From Bigelowiella natans CCMP2755 (lineage: Eukaryota; Protista; Cercozoa), in the NCBI GenBank assembly GCA_000320545.1, contig ADNK01000273.1, forward strand, positions 1 through 41,643: 41,643 nucleotides of DNA, in the 5' to 3' direction. The translations under genes and the position numbers were made by a program. Positions 1 through 11,903 of the stretch are shown one piece after another (the stretch's first letter is position 1; every line of letters starts with the position of its first letter). The notes beneath the pieces are model-generated. The model was given only the letters and a program-made list of their open reading frames with translations. It was not told the origin of the DNA and ran no database searches.

Positions 1-9
1 CCACCGCAC

Positions 10-43
<34 letters not shown>

Positions 44-2928
44 ACTTTTTCGCAAGGGGTAAATGCACAAATCAACGAATCGAGTGTCGTTATTGGTACT
101 ATATACGACAGGAACATCGTAGTCCTCAAATACACTATATGATGTGATGTGTTTGCGCGCAAAACAGAGAGAAAGAAAGAGAGATAGGAGGGTCAGCAAA
201 ACACTTTAGTCGTGTAGTCACAATTATACACACGTAAAGACTCACAGAATATACACATATCTACAACGGTATGTCTGTATGTATGTATGTGTGTGTGTGT
301 GTGTGTGAGTGTTTTCGGACAAGTATCACAAGCATGATACGACTTCTTAAAGCCCCCTCCATCACCACCCATTATTACCACTTCAGGTGATACTTGGCAG
401 TGTACACTTTGCACGGTGACGAATGGGGTTGATCCTGATGGAGGCAATGCGTGCTCTGTATGGTACGTGATTGCACACGATAGTTGTAGTTGTATCTATA
501 GCAATAAAAGCAGAGATGGTATCCTTTGGTGAGTATTGCTGAGGCGTGTGCTGTCTTAACCGAGTGTGCAGTTGTCATCGATAGCTCCTGTTGCTGGTGA
601 TTGTATGTAGCAGTGGTGGTGGTGGTAGGAGGGGGGGGGGGAAACCACATCGCGGAGGTGGCGGCGTTCTTTTCTCGATGCTGCGCCGATGATAATAATG
701 ATAATAATAATGATGGTGATGATGATGATGATGATAAGAATGGTGAGGATGAGGAAGATGATGGGGACTAAAAGAGAGGAGCACTTGTTACTCATAATAT
801 CTGAGCTGCTACTTATGATCATCGATCTATCTTGTGAAACCACAGCGGTCATCCTCGGTCAAACGCATATTTACTTGAGGTTTGTTGTCATCCTACTGCA
901 GTTGGCTTGTATGGGCACCATGATTCATTAGCGTTTATTCAGGGGAGTTCGGGGAAAAAGAAAATAAAGAGCATTCTCTCTGCTGCAGGGTTGAGGTCGG
1001 TTTTTGTCGTGTTTGTATGAAGTGAGCACGTGTGTTTTCTTGTCATTATTAAGGTGCGACTTGTTGGTAACAGCTGGAAAACCAAATCATGGCCTATTTT
1101 TGCTTTCCCTTTTGCGTTTGTCTAATTGTTATCTTCTTCTTCTGAGAGATGGAACATGGTATTATTTTCAGTGCGTATATTCCTGCATTTGAAAAGGAGG
1201 CGATAGAACCTTCGCTCATCAAGGAGGTGACAATAGCAGCAATCCTTAGCAGCGAGTAGCTGCAACTGTGTGAATAGTTTCGTGCTTGTGTGGTTCGCCA
1301 TTACTACCATCGTTTGCTTTGCCATCCGCATCAACTTACCCTCCGTGCGTGCTATCAAAACGCAAACGCACATAAAAACATTAGTTGTCCCCGAGGGAGT
1401 TAGAAGCTCTCATCCCCATCTCTGGTAAGTTGCTTTCCGATATTTTCTATGAAGAAGTCTTTTCATCAAAGTGGTGAGGGCATTGCAAAGATAAATTATT
1501 CTTGCCTTGCGTCGTCGTTGTACGAGAATGATCGTTGCATTCCGACTTCACGAAAAACAACTGTGAGCCAAACCGTAGCGTGTCGCAGTAGAACAGATAC
1601 GATTCTCTCCACAGATTCTCACGGCATAATCATCTTGTCACACTATAGTGTAACCTTCCTTGGATCTTTATCGTCGTATCAACACAGGACATCGTGCACG
1701 GTTCCGGCTGTACGCACGAGCTGCATCGCCTCCCCTCCTTCTGCCTCCTTCCTCTCCTTCTTCTCCTCCCCCTCCCCCCCTATCTTCGTCGTCACCGCTT
1801 GCTGGATCCCAGATGGCTAGGTCTCAGGGTCGGTCAATCTATCGCAGACTTCTTTCCGTGGCCATAAAAGGCTCCGGCGGCATAAGACCGGTGAATACAC
1901 AAATAATCGATTTGCCATCGGAAACGATGAAGAAAGTTGCATTTTGGCAAAGGTTGCTGAATTCCATCTTCACCATGACGTTATTGATGCTGTAGGATCA
2001 AATGAAAGAACTCATGGGGGTAAGGGAGGAATGGAAGTTGGATCAGAAAGATGTGGATGAGGTAGGTTTTCTCCAATTAAATGCTGCGACGAAGAGAGGA
2101 TATTTTTTAAGGAAGTAAGCACGCAACACCTAATGGGTTATAAAAGTGCTTTATGAACAATGTTTGAGATTCAGAGCTATGTTTATGTCTTGTTAGCGGC
2201 TAAGAGCAATAATATGTGTTTCTTGAGGGATGCTGCGTCCGTGTAATTTTCATTGGAAATTGCAACAATAATTCTTTTATGGATATGAGTAGTACCTCTC
2301 AGTCAATCTATCACAGCATTTGATGATCATCTTCTTCTTCTTCTTGCAGGTGATGAGTGAGATGGGGATCTCTGAGACTGATATGCGAAGAAAACTGAAG
2401 AAAGGGGAAGAAATGGGCGTCCCGGTAGTAGTAGTAGTAGTAGTAAGTAGTAGTAGTAGTGTCAAATATTGAGATAATTCGAACGTATTAAGATGAAACC
2501 CCAGGAACACAAATGGGATTGTTAAACACTTACAAGTCGCTAGCAACTCTCAATTTTGTGATTTCCATTAGACGCTTGAGAAATAGATGGTATCTGCTGA
2601 GAAGAGGTGGAATTTGCTGTTTCAGGGTCCGGATTGTGTTGTGTGCATGGATCGTAGGGCGGACTACGTCGTCATGGACTGCATGCATAACATTTTGTGC
2701 AAAGGTGGAATGTAGTTAGAGGACGATCATGATTTATTTCTAAAAAGCCTTTCTTGTAGCCGCCTACGTTTTTGGGTATGTTATTGAGGATATTCTAATT
2801 TTGTTTTCCATTCTGTTCCGTGAAATTTTCACAATCTAGAGTGCGCAGACATAGTTCGCGATCAACGTCACCCTCGTTGTCCAAATTGTCGAGGAAGGAT
2901 TCGAGATATTCGGAGAATATTTTATTGA
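1..2928 (+). CDS. Multi-exon RanBP2/NZF-type zinc finger + C-terminal RING-HC (C3HC4) protein, probable E3 ubiquitin ligase; 5' end not located, probably outside the window
   Basis: Manual translation. The exon at ~387-462 reads DTWQCTLCTVTNGVDPDGGNACSV(C), matching W-x-C-x2-C-x3-N...C-x2-C. Exons ~2587-2704 and 2840-2928, joined across a GT-AG intron, read CVVCMDRRADYVVMDCMHNILCKECADIVRDQRHPRCPNCRGRIRDIRRIFY*. Internal exons include part of ORF 1660-1995. Linking both fingers into one gene is inference. Confidence 0.72.
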
Positions 2929-2989
2929 AAAAGCGTGGCGCTTTAGCTTCTTAGTTGTGTGTACACAATGTGCATCAATTTGGTGTGAA

Positions 2990-4100
2990 ATTTCTAGCCT
3001 TTGCGCCACATTGGAAAACGCCTTTGTTCCTCCCATGCGTTCAGCTGCATGCACTGTGCACACATGAAAAAACATGGGGACTCATGAGTCCACATGCGTG
3101 TACACGCGTGAAACATGTGCACATGTCAGTTGTTCATGTGCACAAGAAAGGTGCACGTGTGCTTTTCACATCCACACATGCACCAAATGAGTCATGCTAG
3201 CATGCGACACACGTTTTGTGCACATTGACGCACATGTTCACGTGTGCGCTGCTTTGTGCTGCACATGAGGTTGGAGGTGCATGTGAAGTGGTCGATGCAT
3301 GCTAGCATGTGCCACAGGCTAGCAGGCCTGACAACACACGCATGGGGACCTGTGATTCCACGCAAAAAAAATGTGCGCATGCATCTTGCATGCTAGGATG
3401 CAATGGCGATGGATGGTCTACATTCTTAGCTTATCATTGCAGCGTGCATGTGAGCACATGTGTTGCACAAGTCCATGCATGCGCACACACGCTAGCACGT
3501 GCAGCGTGCTGCGTCTGCCAGAGGTTGTCTGTCGATGGGATTTATCTGATTCGAGGGTGGTCCAGACTTTTGCACATGCTCAGCTAGTCAGCCATGCTGA
3601 TGCTGATGCTGATGCTGATGCTAATGCAATCTGTTCGGTTCAATTGTGCTCAAACATTGTCTTGCATGCATTTGCAATTGCCTCATTGTGGGCCCTTGAT
3701 TGCACACAACTTAATTTGTGCAAATATCTAAAAAGTTTTGCTCAACAAATGCATGCATGTGGATGATGGGAGAAAACAAAAAAGTGAAAAGGCATGCTTG
3801 CGTGTCGTAGCACTAGAGCAGCTGGTGGATCGATGCGTGCAGCAAGGGAAAATTGCGCGCGTGCACGCATGCGAACAACATGTGAGCATGCATGCTGGGA
3901 TGTCATGTCACGTGGATCGGAGATGCGGCGGCTGCGTGCAGGCATTCCTTATGTCGCATCGCAATGACAACGCACAGCGACGCATGCATGAATTCATTGC
4001 TCACTCATTTGAGCATCACGCATCAAGTCATTTCTGTGCTGGGGTGAGCACGACACGAAATGCCTGCCTCAAGATGTGTTTTTTTTTCTCAGTCTCAATG
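2990..4100. other. TpA-depleted, TpG/CpA-rich intergenic island between convergent genes
   Basis: By-eye count in 3001-3400 gives about 5 TA, 4 of them in CTAG. TGCA, CATG and CACGTG are dense and CpG is present. Confidence 0.8.
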
Positions 4101-4183
4101 AACTATTGTAACTTTGATGGGTGTTGCTACCATTAGCAATGCAATTCATACAAACGACATTTCTGGAGATCTGGTGAAATATA

Positions 4184-5074
4184 TTAGTACATTCCACTGT
4201 GATATTGGGCCTGTGCCATCGGTGCAAACCCTGGCTGGGCTGGGTACATAGAATGGACTGGCGGTGGAGAGGCTTGCTGCCATTTGTGTATCTTAGACCC
4301 ACCTGCCCCACTTTTGCTTCCCTTCTTCTTCTTTTTAAACTGTTTGCCAGCTTGTCCCTTTCCTACTCCTCCACGATGTGGCTGATGTCCATTAATCTGT
4401 CGATTAAGATGCTGCTGCTGTTGCTGCGGTTGTGTCGGTAGGTATCCTGCAGACCCTCCTACCATTGGCTGGTAATACATCGGCTGGAACATGCCTGCAG
4501 GGGGCATCATTTGCATTTGGGGATTCATCATGCCACCACCGGGAGGCAAGTTTGCGTGCTGTCCTCGCTGGTTTATCCTCTTTATGTTCTGGGAAAAATA
4601 GATCAGAAATCATTTAAGGGGATTCAAGTTTAGCATAATGCCAAATACTATTTTCTTCTGACTGGATCTCTTCCCCCCTCCCTTTCTCTCTCCCTCCTCC
4701 TATCGGCTACCTTGTTTTGATTCCGTTGGAGACTTTGAAGTATGCCTTGATTCTTCATGTGCTGGTGCTGCATCTGCATGGCGCTAACCTGCTGCGCCCT
4801 CATTCGCATCTGCTGTGCCATATCTGGCTGTTGGTGTTGTTGCTGTTGTTGCATCATCATATAATGCATTTGTTGCATCTGGCCATACGGGTTGTTGTTG
4901 GCATTATCGAGCAATCGCTGCTGCTGCATCTGGTGTTGATTGTGACCTTTGTTCTTGTGGTGGCTGGCTGTTGTTCTCTTAGCCTTGTTATTACCTCTTT
5001 GAATACCATTTTTCGCAAATCCCTGATGGTGTTGATTGCCACCATTCGGCTGGTGAGGGTACTTATTATGCCGC

Positions 5075-5113
<39 letters not shown>

Positions 5114-5395
5114 ATGTAGTATGGGTCGAAGTTGTAGTTGTAGTTCGATGCGATAGGCGGGTATGCGGTGAATCCGCTGTTATTCTGATGATGAGGAAAT
5201 CCATGCTGTTGTAGTTGCTGCATTGCCTGACCGCTATCCAGACTCTTTGGCCTTGACTTTTTCTTCCTCTTCTTCTTTGTTCCAGCGGCGGCAGGAGAAG
5301 CATTCGTGGCGAAACGAGCAGCTATAGTCTTTTGTGACGGTTGGCTTTGAGCCTGAAGACAAAAACATCATCATGCTCACGCGCGTACACAAACA

Positions 5396-5467
<72 letters not shown>

Positions 5468-7838
5468 GTCAGTAATGACGACCTTTGAACGCATTCTTGC
5501 AAGCCTAGCCTCGTTGGCTTTGCTTTCAGAATCTCGCACCGGTCTTCTAGATTTCCTGTCTCTCCTTGATGGCCCGCCTCCCAAGGACGATAACTTCGAT
5601 TTGTTCGACTTTCTCCTCATGGGGGACCTCTGTTGATGCTGTTGGGTAAATTTCTTTTTCTCAGAGTTGTGCTTTATCGAGACCAATCGCTCGTCGAGCT
5701 GCATGATCTCTTTCTCCAGTTGGTGTATGTTTCCTGTGGTGCTCTTTGATGTCGAAGAACTAGTGTGATGGTCATTATGGAAGCTGCTCCCTCCTCGCCT
5801 CTGTTGCCGTTGCTTGTTGCGAACGCCTCTACCACCACCTTTTGCATCATGGCTGCGCTTCTTCTTTCCCTGCTTCTGGCGGTTGTGAGCTCTAATGCTC
5901 TTTTCCTCGTTAAATGTGGAGAAGTCGGCGTTATTGACCAACCTTTCTACCTCGTCGTCTAAACTTAGCGCATCCATGCTGTACTTGTTGCTGAGAGGCA
6001 GCTTACTCTTGGTGATATCTCCCATAACTTTCATCTGAACTAGATCGTGACGCGCAGACGATGGCCGCCCCAGCTGAGGTCCTACAGGAACATATATGAA
6101 CGAACGCACGCACGCACGCACGCACACAAATTAGGTGATAGTAGATTCCACACTACGAGTTAATCCCCCATCCCCGTCGCCATGAGTCATGATGATGATG
6201 CAAGACTGTACACCCAATACTCGGACTCACAACGCTCTTCATTCCATTCAATATTATTCTTTCTGTAGCATACTGTATCTAACCCTTCTAAACTCTGCGC
6301 ATGTAGTATCATCGTATGCTAAACCTGATTGTAAGTCTTCGTCCTCTTTGTTATGCTGCTTAAATGCTTCCAATGGTTCATTTTCATCTGTTTCTTGAGC
6401 AGAGGCATCGTTTGGAGCCTTTTCTGCTCTTATATTTGTTGGTGATGATGTAGATTGCTCTTTCTTATTTCCATCCGTTGCATCCTCACCCACGATTCCC
6501 GTTTCTTCACCTGGAAGTGCCTTCTCTTTGGTCTGTTGCTCGGGGACATCAACAGCAGCTGGAATCATACTCCCAGCAACATCTTTGGATTGGCTGGCTT
6601 CCTGTTTATCGATGGGGACTGCTTCCGCATTCTCACCTTGATCTTTTGTATCATCCTGTACACCTTCTTTGCTTTCGCTTGTGGTCTGCTTGGCGGTGGT
6701 CTCTTCATTCTCTGGCTCAGGATTTTCATTCTCTTCCTTCTCTTCCTTCATTTTCTGCAAATTTCCTTCTTGTTGCTCAGATGTGGTCACATTGTCTGTC
6801 TTTTGGTCTCCAGCCGTCCCCTCTTTCTCTTTTGCCTCGTTGCCGTTATCATCATCCAAAGGTTTTGAGCTATCATCTTTCAGGTCCACTGTTTTTGCTT
6901 TCGGCACCTCATCTTCCTTTGATTTATTTTCCACCTTTGGCTCGGCTTCGCCACCAGCCTTTTGGTCTTCGATCTTCCCATTTTCCTCTTTTTGTGGCTG
7001 ATCATTCTTGTCTTTAATCACGGTGGATTTGTTCTTTTGTCCCTCGCCCTGGCCTCCATCCACTTCGGCAGACTTATTTTCTTCATTCTCTTCGCTGTTA
7101 GCGGAGGAATCTTTCTTTTGTTCCTCACTCTTTTCTGTCTCCTCTTTCTTAGCTTCGGTCTTCGTTTGTTCTCCGCCCTTGTCTTTATTCACGGTAGTCT
7201 CTTCTTTTTGTTCCTCTTCCTTGTCATTCTTCACGATTGGATCCTTCTTTTGTCCTTCGCCTTCGTCTCCATCCACGGCAGCAGACTTATTTTCTTCATT
7301 CTCTTCGCTGTTAGCGGAGGAATCTTTCTTTTGTTCCTCACTCTTTTCTGTCCCCTCTTTCTTAGCTTCGGTCTTCGTTTGTTCTCCGCCCTTGTCTTTA
7401 TTCACGGTAGGCTCTTCTTTTTGTTTCTCTTCCTTGTCATTCTTCACGATTGGATCCTTCTTTTGCCCTTCGCCTTCGTCTCCATCCACGGCAGCAGACT
7501 TATTTTCTTCATTCTCTTCGCTGTTAGCGGAGGAATCTTTCTTTTGTTCCTCACTCTTTTCTGTCTCCTCTTTCTTAGCTTCGGTCTTAGCTCCGCCGTT
7601 GGCATTACCTCCCTCCTTGATGGGATCAACCTTAGCTTCAAGATCCTTTTTTGCCGTCTTTACTGTCTTTTCTTCGCCGGGTTTTCCACCGCCTCCTATT
7701 TACGATGAGAAATATATGTGGAGGCGAGAGATGACCAAATCAAATGTGAATACCTTCTGCCACAGGAGTCTCCTTAGGCTTCTCAGAATCCACTGCAGCA
7801 TTGGTTTCCTCTTTCTTCTCTTCTGGTTTGTCCCCCAT
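4184..7838 (-). CDS. Multi-exon low-complexity protein: acidic E/K/D repeat N-half, Q/N/G/P/M-rich C-terminal region; function unknown
   Basis: ATG at 7838 (MGDKPEKKEETNAAV...), intron 7753-7696, long exon covering ORF 6254-7489, then ORFs 5234-6127, 4648-5223 and 4184-4549 on the same strand, flanked by GT/AG sites. Confidence 0.75.
5076..5113 (-). repeat. (CAG)n polyglutamine tract
   Basis: A (ctg)n run on + encodes the poly-Q in ORF 4648-5223. Confidence 0.9.
5395..5463. repeat. Intronic compound (CA)n(TA)n microsatellite (similar ones at ~22211-22262 and ~34016-34065)
   Basis: Directly visible dinucleotide runs. Confidence 0.95.
7010..7590 (-). repeat. Coding tandem repeat, 213-bp (71-aa) unit, about 2.7 copies
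   Basis: The anchor 'gacttattttcttcattctcttcgctgttagcggaggaatc' recurs at 7071, 7284 and 7497 (spacing 213). Confidence 0.95.
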
Positions 7839-8356
7839 GACTTACAAAAATTGTTTCCCCTAAAATTTATTAGAATATTTGTTTCAAATTAGTTTTTCTA
7901 GGTCATCAGCACCGGTTCTAAATTTTCCCCATGTTCTCGATGAGAGCTAGTGACAGTATCAAACCCTCGATGTTCATCCCAGACTAACATATTTCATAAT
8001 TGTCCGCGGAAAGCTTCATATAGACGCTAATTATTACGCTAGTTATTGTGGACCTTGCCGGTGTCGGGTTCGATGGGGGTTCGAATAAGGAATGAGGAAT
8101 GAGACTTTTCAGATACAGGATGTAACCAATATTTACAAAAGCGTAGTCTTAAATGATACTACGACTATGTTATTTTTCAAATTAAATCGTAACGTATCAC
8201 GTTTTAATGGCGTTTTGCACAACCATGACTCTGACTCCAAAGCCGAAACTGACGTGCCTTGTCGCAGGTACATAGACTAGGGACAGTAAAATCGATTTAT
8301 GTGGAAAAGATGAAATAAAATGGACCGTGATACTGAACAATATCCGGATATATTAT

Positions 8357-8374
8357 TTGTCGCAGTTCAAAAAA
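8357..8374 (+). promoter_or_regulatory. Candidate promoter element TTGTCGCAGTT(C)AAAAAA (near-identical copy at 12160-12176)
   Basis: The same extended motif appears in two separate divergent spacers, and the core TGTCGCA recurs in other divergent spacers. Confidence 0.35.
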
Positions 8375-8973
8375 TAGAGGAAAATTGAAGCGCGATATTT
8401 TTTAAGGCTGAAATTAGTTTGGCTTTGGTTGCAATTTTCTCCAATTGTGCACTACATTTATTGTCATACATAGAAAATATAACGATATTTACAATTTTTA
8501 TTTGTGCAGTCTATTTCTGACATTGTATAGAATCTAACTGGTAGAATACAAGGAATTTTGTTCTTACGAAAGCCGGAATGTTTAATAAAACCAAGTTTTA
8601 TCTCATTTTTAAAAAGTGAAATTGTAGCCGTAGATCTTAGTTTCCTAGTGTTGGGAGTAGCTATGACCGTTTTTCAGGAGTGCCTAAAATAAAAAGCACA
8701 CAAAATATTTCTTTCCATCTGTTTGGTGGACTACCAATGGTTTTAAATATTGCGACAAGATTATCAACTTTTAGATACAAAAGAAAGGGACATCGAAACA
8801 ACGACATACATAAACTGAGGAGCACCCACCTGCAGATATGGATCATTGCCTTGAGAGAATCCTGTTAAGGAGCGTGACACTAAAACAACAAAGTAGATTA
8901 GAATAAATCATATCTTGCTATCGAACACACACGGACAGAGTGAGTGAGAGAGCGAGCGAGCAAAAGAAAACAA

Positions 8974-9771
8974 ATGTCCCAAGAGCATCGACGTCTCGAG
9001 CGCATAGCTCGGGAAAAATGGATCAAAACTTCAAAAGGGAAAGGAAAAAATACATCAGAAGATTTGCTGGTTGATGACAAGCACAGTCTCATCGAGGGTC
9101 CTTTGTTGAAGTTGTCAGATGGACTTGCTGGTTCAGGAGTTCACCGTCAGTTTCGAAAGCGATGGGTGCGGCTAGTTTCCGGGATGAAACGCAATATCTC
9201 AGATGGACCTGCCTTATTTTATTTTGCCAACCCTAATGAAAAACCTACAGTACAAACGCCTATTCGAAGACTTCTTTCATTATGGAATTTTAGCAAAGTA
9301 ACTATAGACCAAAAGAATATTTCCAAGCGCAACTCATCGTTTGCAAAGAAATATAATTACGTGTTTGAGATAGACGTTGGAAGAGGCGAGTCCAATGAAA
9401 GCTTTGTATTTGCATGTGGCTCCCAAAAGGAAAGGGATCGGTGGGTGGATGCAATCGAGGCGGCAATCCACCCCAACTCAAAGTCAATTAGACAGCAACA
9501 AATTGAGAAGAAGCACGAGAAGATTGAGGTTACCATCAAAAGTCTTATCGGGAGTGGAGAGATGTATACATTCCATGTTCCTGCCAACTCTACCGTAATG
9601 GATCTCAAGAAAGAAATTTGTATGAAAAGTGGAGACCTCAATGCGAAGATGTCCCTTCGATATGCGGGAAGGAATCTCGAGAATAATCACGAATCGCTCG
9701 ACGAGTCTGGGATCTTGGGGGGTTCGGTAATACACTTGACAGCTATGGCTCAGGGAAGCGGAATCGATTAG
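8974..9771 (+). CDS. Intronless PH-domain + C-terminal ubiquitin-like domain protein
   Basis: PH signature EGPLLKL...FRKRWVRL...LFYF...YVFEI...FVFACGSQKERDRWVDAIEAA. Ubl signature IEVTIKSLIGSGEMYTFHVPANSTVMDLKKEI...LRYAGRNLENNHESLDESGILGGSVIHL. First ATG is at 8974. Confidence 0.85.
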   Translation: MSQEHRRLERIAREKWIKTSKGKGKNTSEDLLVDDKHSLIEGPLLKLSDGLAGSGVHRQFRKRWVRLVSGMKRNISDGPALFYFANPNEKPTVQTPIRRLLSLWNFSKVTIDQKNISKRNSSFAKKYNYVFEIDVGRGESNESFVFACGSQKERDRWVDAIEAAIHPNSKSIRQQQIEKKHEKIEVTIKSLIGSGEMYTFHVPANSTVMDLKKEICMKSGDLNAKMSLRYAGRNLENNHESLDESGILGGSVIHLTAMAQGSGID

Positions 9772-10707
9772 CTGGATTTGAAAAATGAGAACGATGAATG
9801 AATGAACAGATTCGAAGTATTCTGCCTGAATAGATGCAACTCTCGCATAGAACTGTTACTACCCGCAGCGTTAATAAATGGTAGTTTGTATATAGAGTAA
9901 TGAAAAATCTCTTTCGTTCAACTTACAGTATATACACAACAGTGCATCTTTCCAGCCCCTCTTACACTCCCCAGTTTGTATGTTGGATGCATTATGCCAT
10001 TTTTTTATTCCTGAAGCTATGCTATGCTAGCTACGCTGCTCTTGTAATTTTAAGGCGTGTAGTGGTAAGCTAGAGCATTGCATGATAATGCGTGCACACA
10101 CGCACGCACACGCACGCACGCACACACACACGAACGACAACATCTGTCGTGCCCGTTTGTTCGACTACACGCATGGCAGATTATAGATAGTGAGCCAATG
10201 CATACGAACTGTGAGCTATAGCATCTAATGCTAATTTTTTTGTCGTTGGAGCTGAATGCTGCACATATCTTTATATCGTAGCAGCATAGTCCGATAGCGT
10301 AGTATGATGACAATATAATACGGATTCAGCATAAATTTATTTTGAGATTTTCCCCTGAAACACCTTAATGACTTTTGACGCACACCTACATGCTCATACA
10401 AATATTTGGTACATGTTTCCTGGTTATAAAATGTACATAGAAACTTCTTCTTGTCATGCATATTTCATCTTTTATATATATGTACATGAACGAACCAAAT
10501 AAGCCAACTATGCTGCGGCCGGCTTATGTATACATGATTTGTAATATCGCTGTTCTACCTGCGTCTAAATCTAAATTTACACCATAATTCCTAAGGGTCA
10601 ATGCCTCATCTAGCAGCTGAATATCAATACTTCTACTATCAGGAGTAGAAAAGATGTTAACCGATCAAGTAAATATCCTTTTTGATATTGCAATCGCCAT
10701 CTTTGAC

Positions 10708-11721
10708 TCACCTACTCTGATGCCGCAAGCCGCATGGAAGCAACTTTCGCAGGTACCTTCTTTGTGGAGTCACCGCCAGTCGTCTTGATATGTAGCTATT
10801 ACAGGCCACCGAGCTACGGAGGGTGAAAGGTCGAGTCTCTTGATAGTTGATAGCACCTACCTGCATTGTTGCCCTGTCCTCATAGGGCCCTCCGCGGCGA
10901 ACGGCCACGGTGTATGATGCCCGCATGTTGGCCGCCCTTCGGCTTTTGACGATGCGAAAATCATTGTCAATATACAAATGCTCTAGGGTGGGTTTTGACT
11001 GAAAAGCGGTATCAAGCTTCTTCTTCGTTCTCAGGTCGACATTGTTCAGTTTGAACCCCCCACTGTCTTGCTGCTGGGACTCTGAAGGAAGAGTTTGTAG
11101 TACCCCATCCACCCACTCATTTGCAGCATCGATCGAAAGTGGCCTTCCTGACCAGCGAAGGGCCTGTTTGATTGCCACATTCTCTATATACCACTCGTTG
11201 TTGTTGATTGCATACTTTTGGAGCACAATGAGATCAAGCGCTAGCAAGAACGAGGCCAGGCGGAGTCCCCATCCCACCTTCAGCTGGTTTCCTGGAGCGT
11301 ACCGTGCAATATTAGCGTAGAAACCATTGTCGCGGAATATCTGATAACTTTCATCAAGCACACGACCAGGCAAAGAATCCTGGAAAGGAATGGTGGACCA
11401 AATGGGAGTCCAAGTGCCTTGAACAAGCTTAACCTGCTCTTCTAAATCTGGGTTAGGATTGCGTCGACTCAACTCTTCGATCACAGGCTCTAGGGTATCC
11501 TTGAAGAAATCAACTTTCTCCTTCATCTTCTCCTTGTTGCGTCCCTTGGTTAGGTTTAGTATATCCTATTGAAAATACGGCTCATTCACGGTAGTTTTAC
11601 TTAAGACGAACACTGGGGGCATTTCTCACTTGTCAAAGCTTAAAAGGGTATCAAATCCGCTGAAGTTAACCATAAGCTAGCCCTCTTCTCCCAACGCAAA
11701 AATATCCACACATCAGTTGCG

Positions 11722-11754
<33 letters not shown>

Positions 11755-11903
11755 AAAACTATGTAAATCTCTTGAAATAAAACAAATTTCAGCATGCTAC
11801 GACAAGCCCTATAAAAAACGTTACACGTTCTCACATCTTTCAGCTGTTCGGTCGTTTTAGTCGTAAGATCCTCGATCAAATCAGCCGTTCGCTTGGATGA
11901 CAT
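10708..11903 (-). CDS. PAP/fibrillin-like (lipocalin-fold) protein, multi-exon; both ends uncertain
   Basis: ORF 10708-11526 has IEELSRRNPNP...VQGTWTPIWST...SYQIF and a C-terminal LEHLYIDNDFRIVK, resembling the fibrillin 'LE..NP...L.G.W.L.YST' and 'YLD.DLRI' motifs. Upstream small exons are MSSKRTADLIEDL... (11903) and LMVNFSGFDTLLSFDK. Confidence 0.6.

Noticed and set aside
556-931. Poly-Ile/His/Met ORFs resembling membrane or His-rich proteins
   Set aside because: They are translations of a (GAT/AAT)n microsatellite.
2955-4136. Overlapping Cys/His-rich ORFs suggesting metal-binding proteins
   Set aside because: They are artefacts of TA loss, which removes TAA stops and Tyr codons and inflates TGC/CAC/CAT. 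No domain pattern is present.
7010-7590. Direct repeats considered as a CRISPR array or LTRs
   Set aside because: They are contiguous in-frame 213-bp coding repeats without spacers or an internal element.
6455-7892. Long plus-strand F/L/S-rich ORFs
   Set aside because: They are antisense shadows of the E/K-rich minus-strand exon.
8048-8092. Two GGTTCGA (tRNA T-loop/B-box-like) words
   Set aside because: No T-stem pairing, cloverleaf or upstream A-box could be built.
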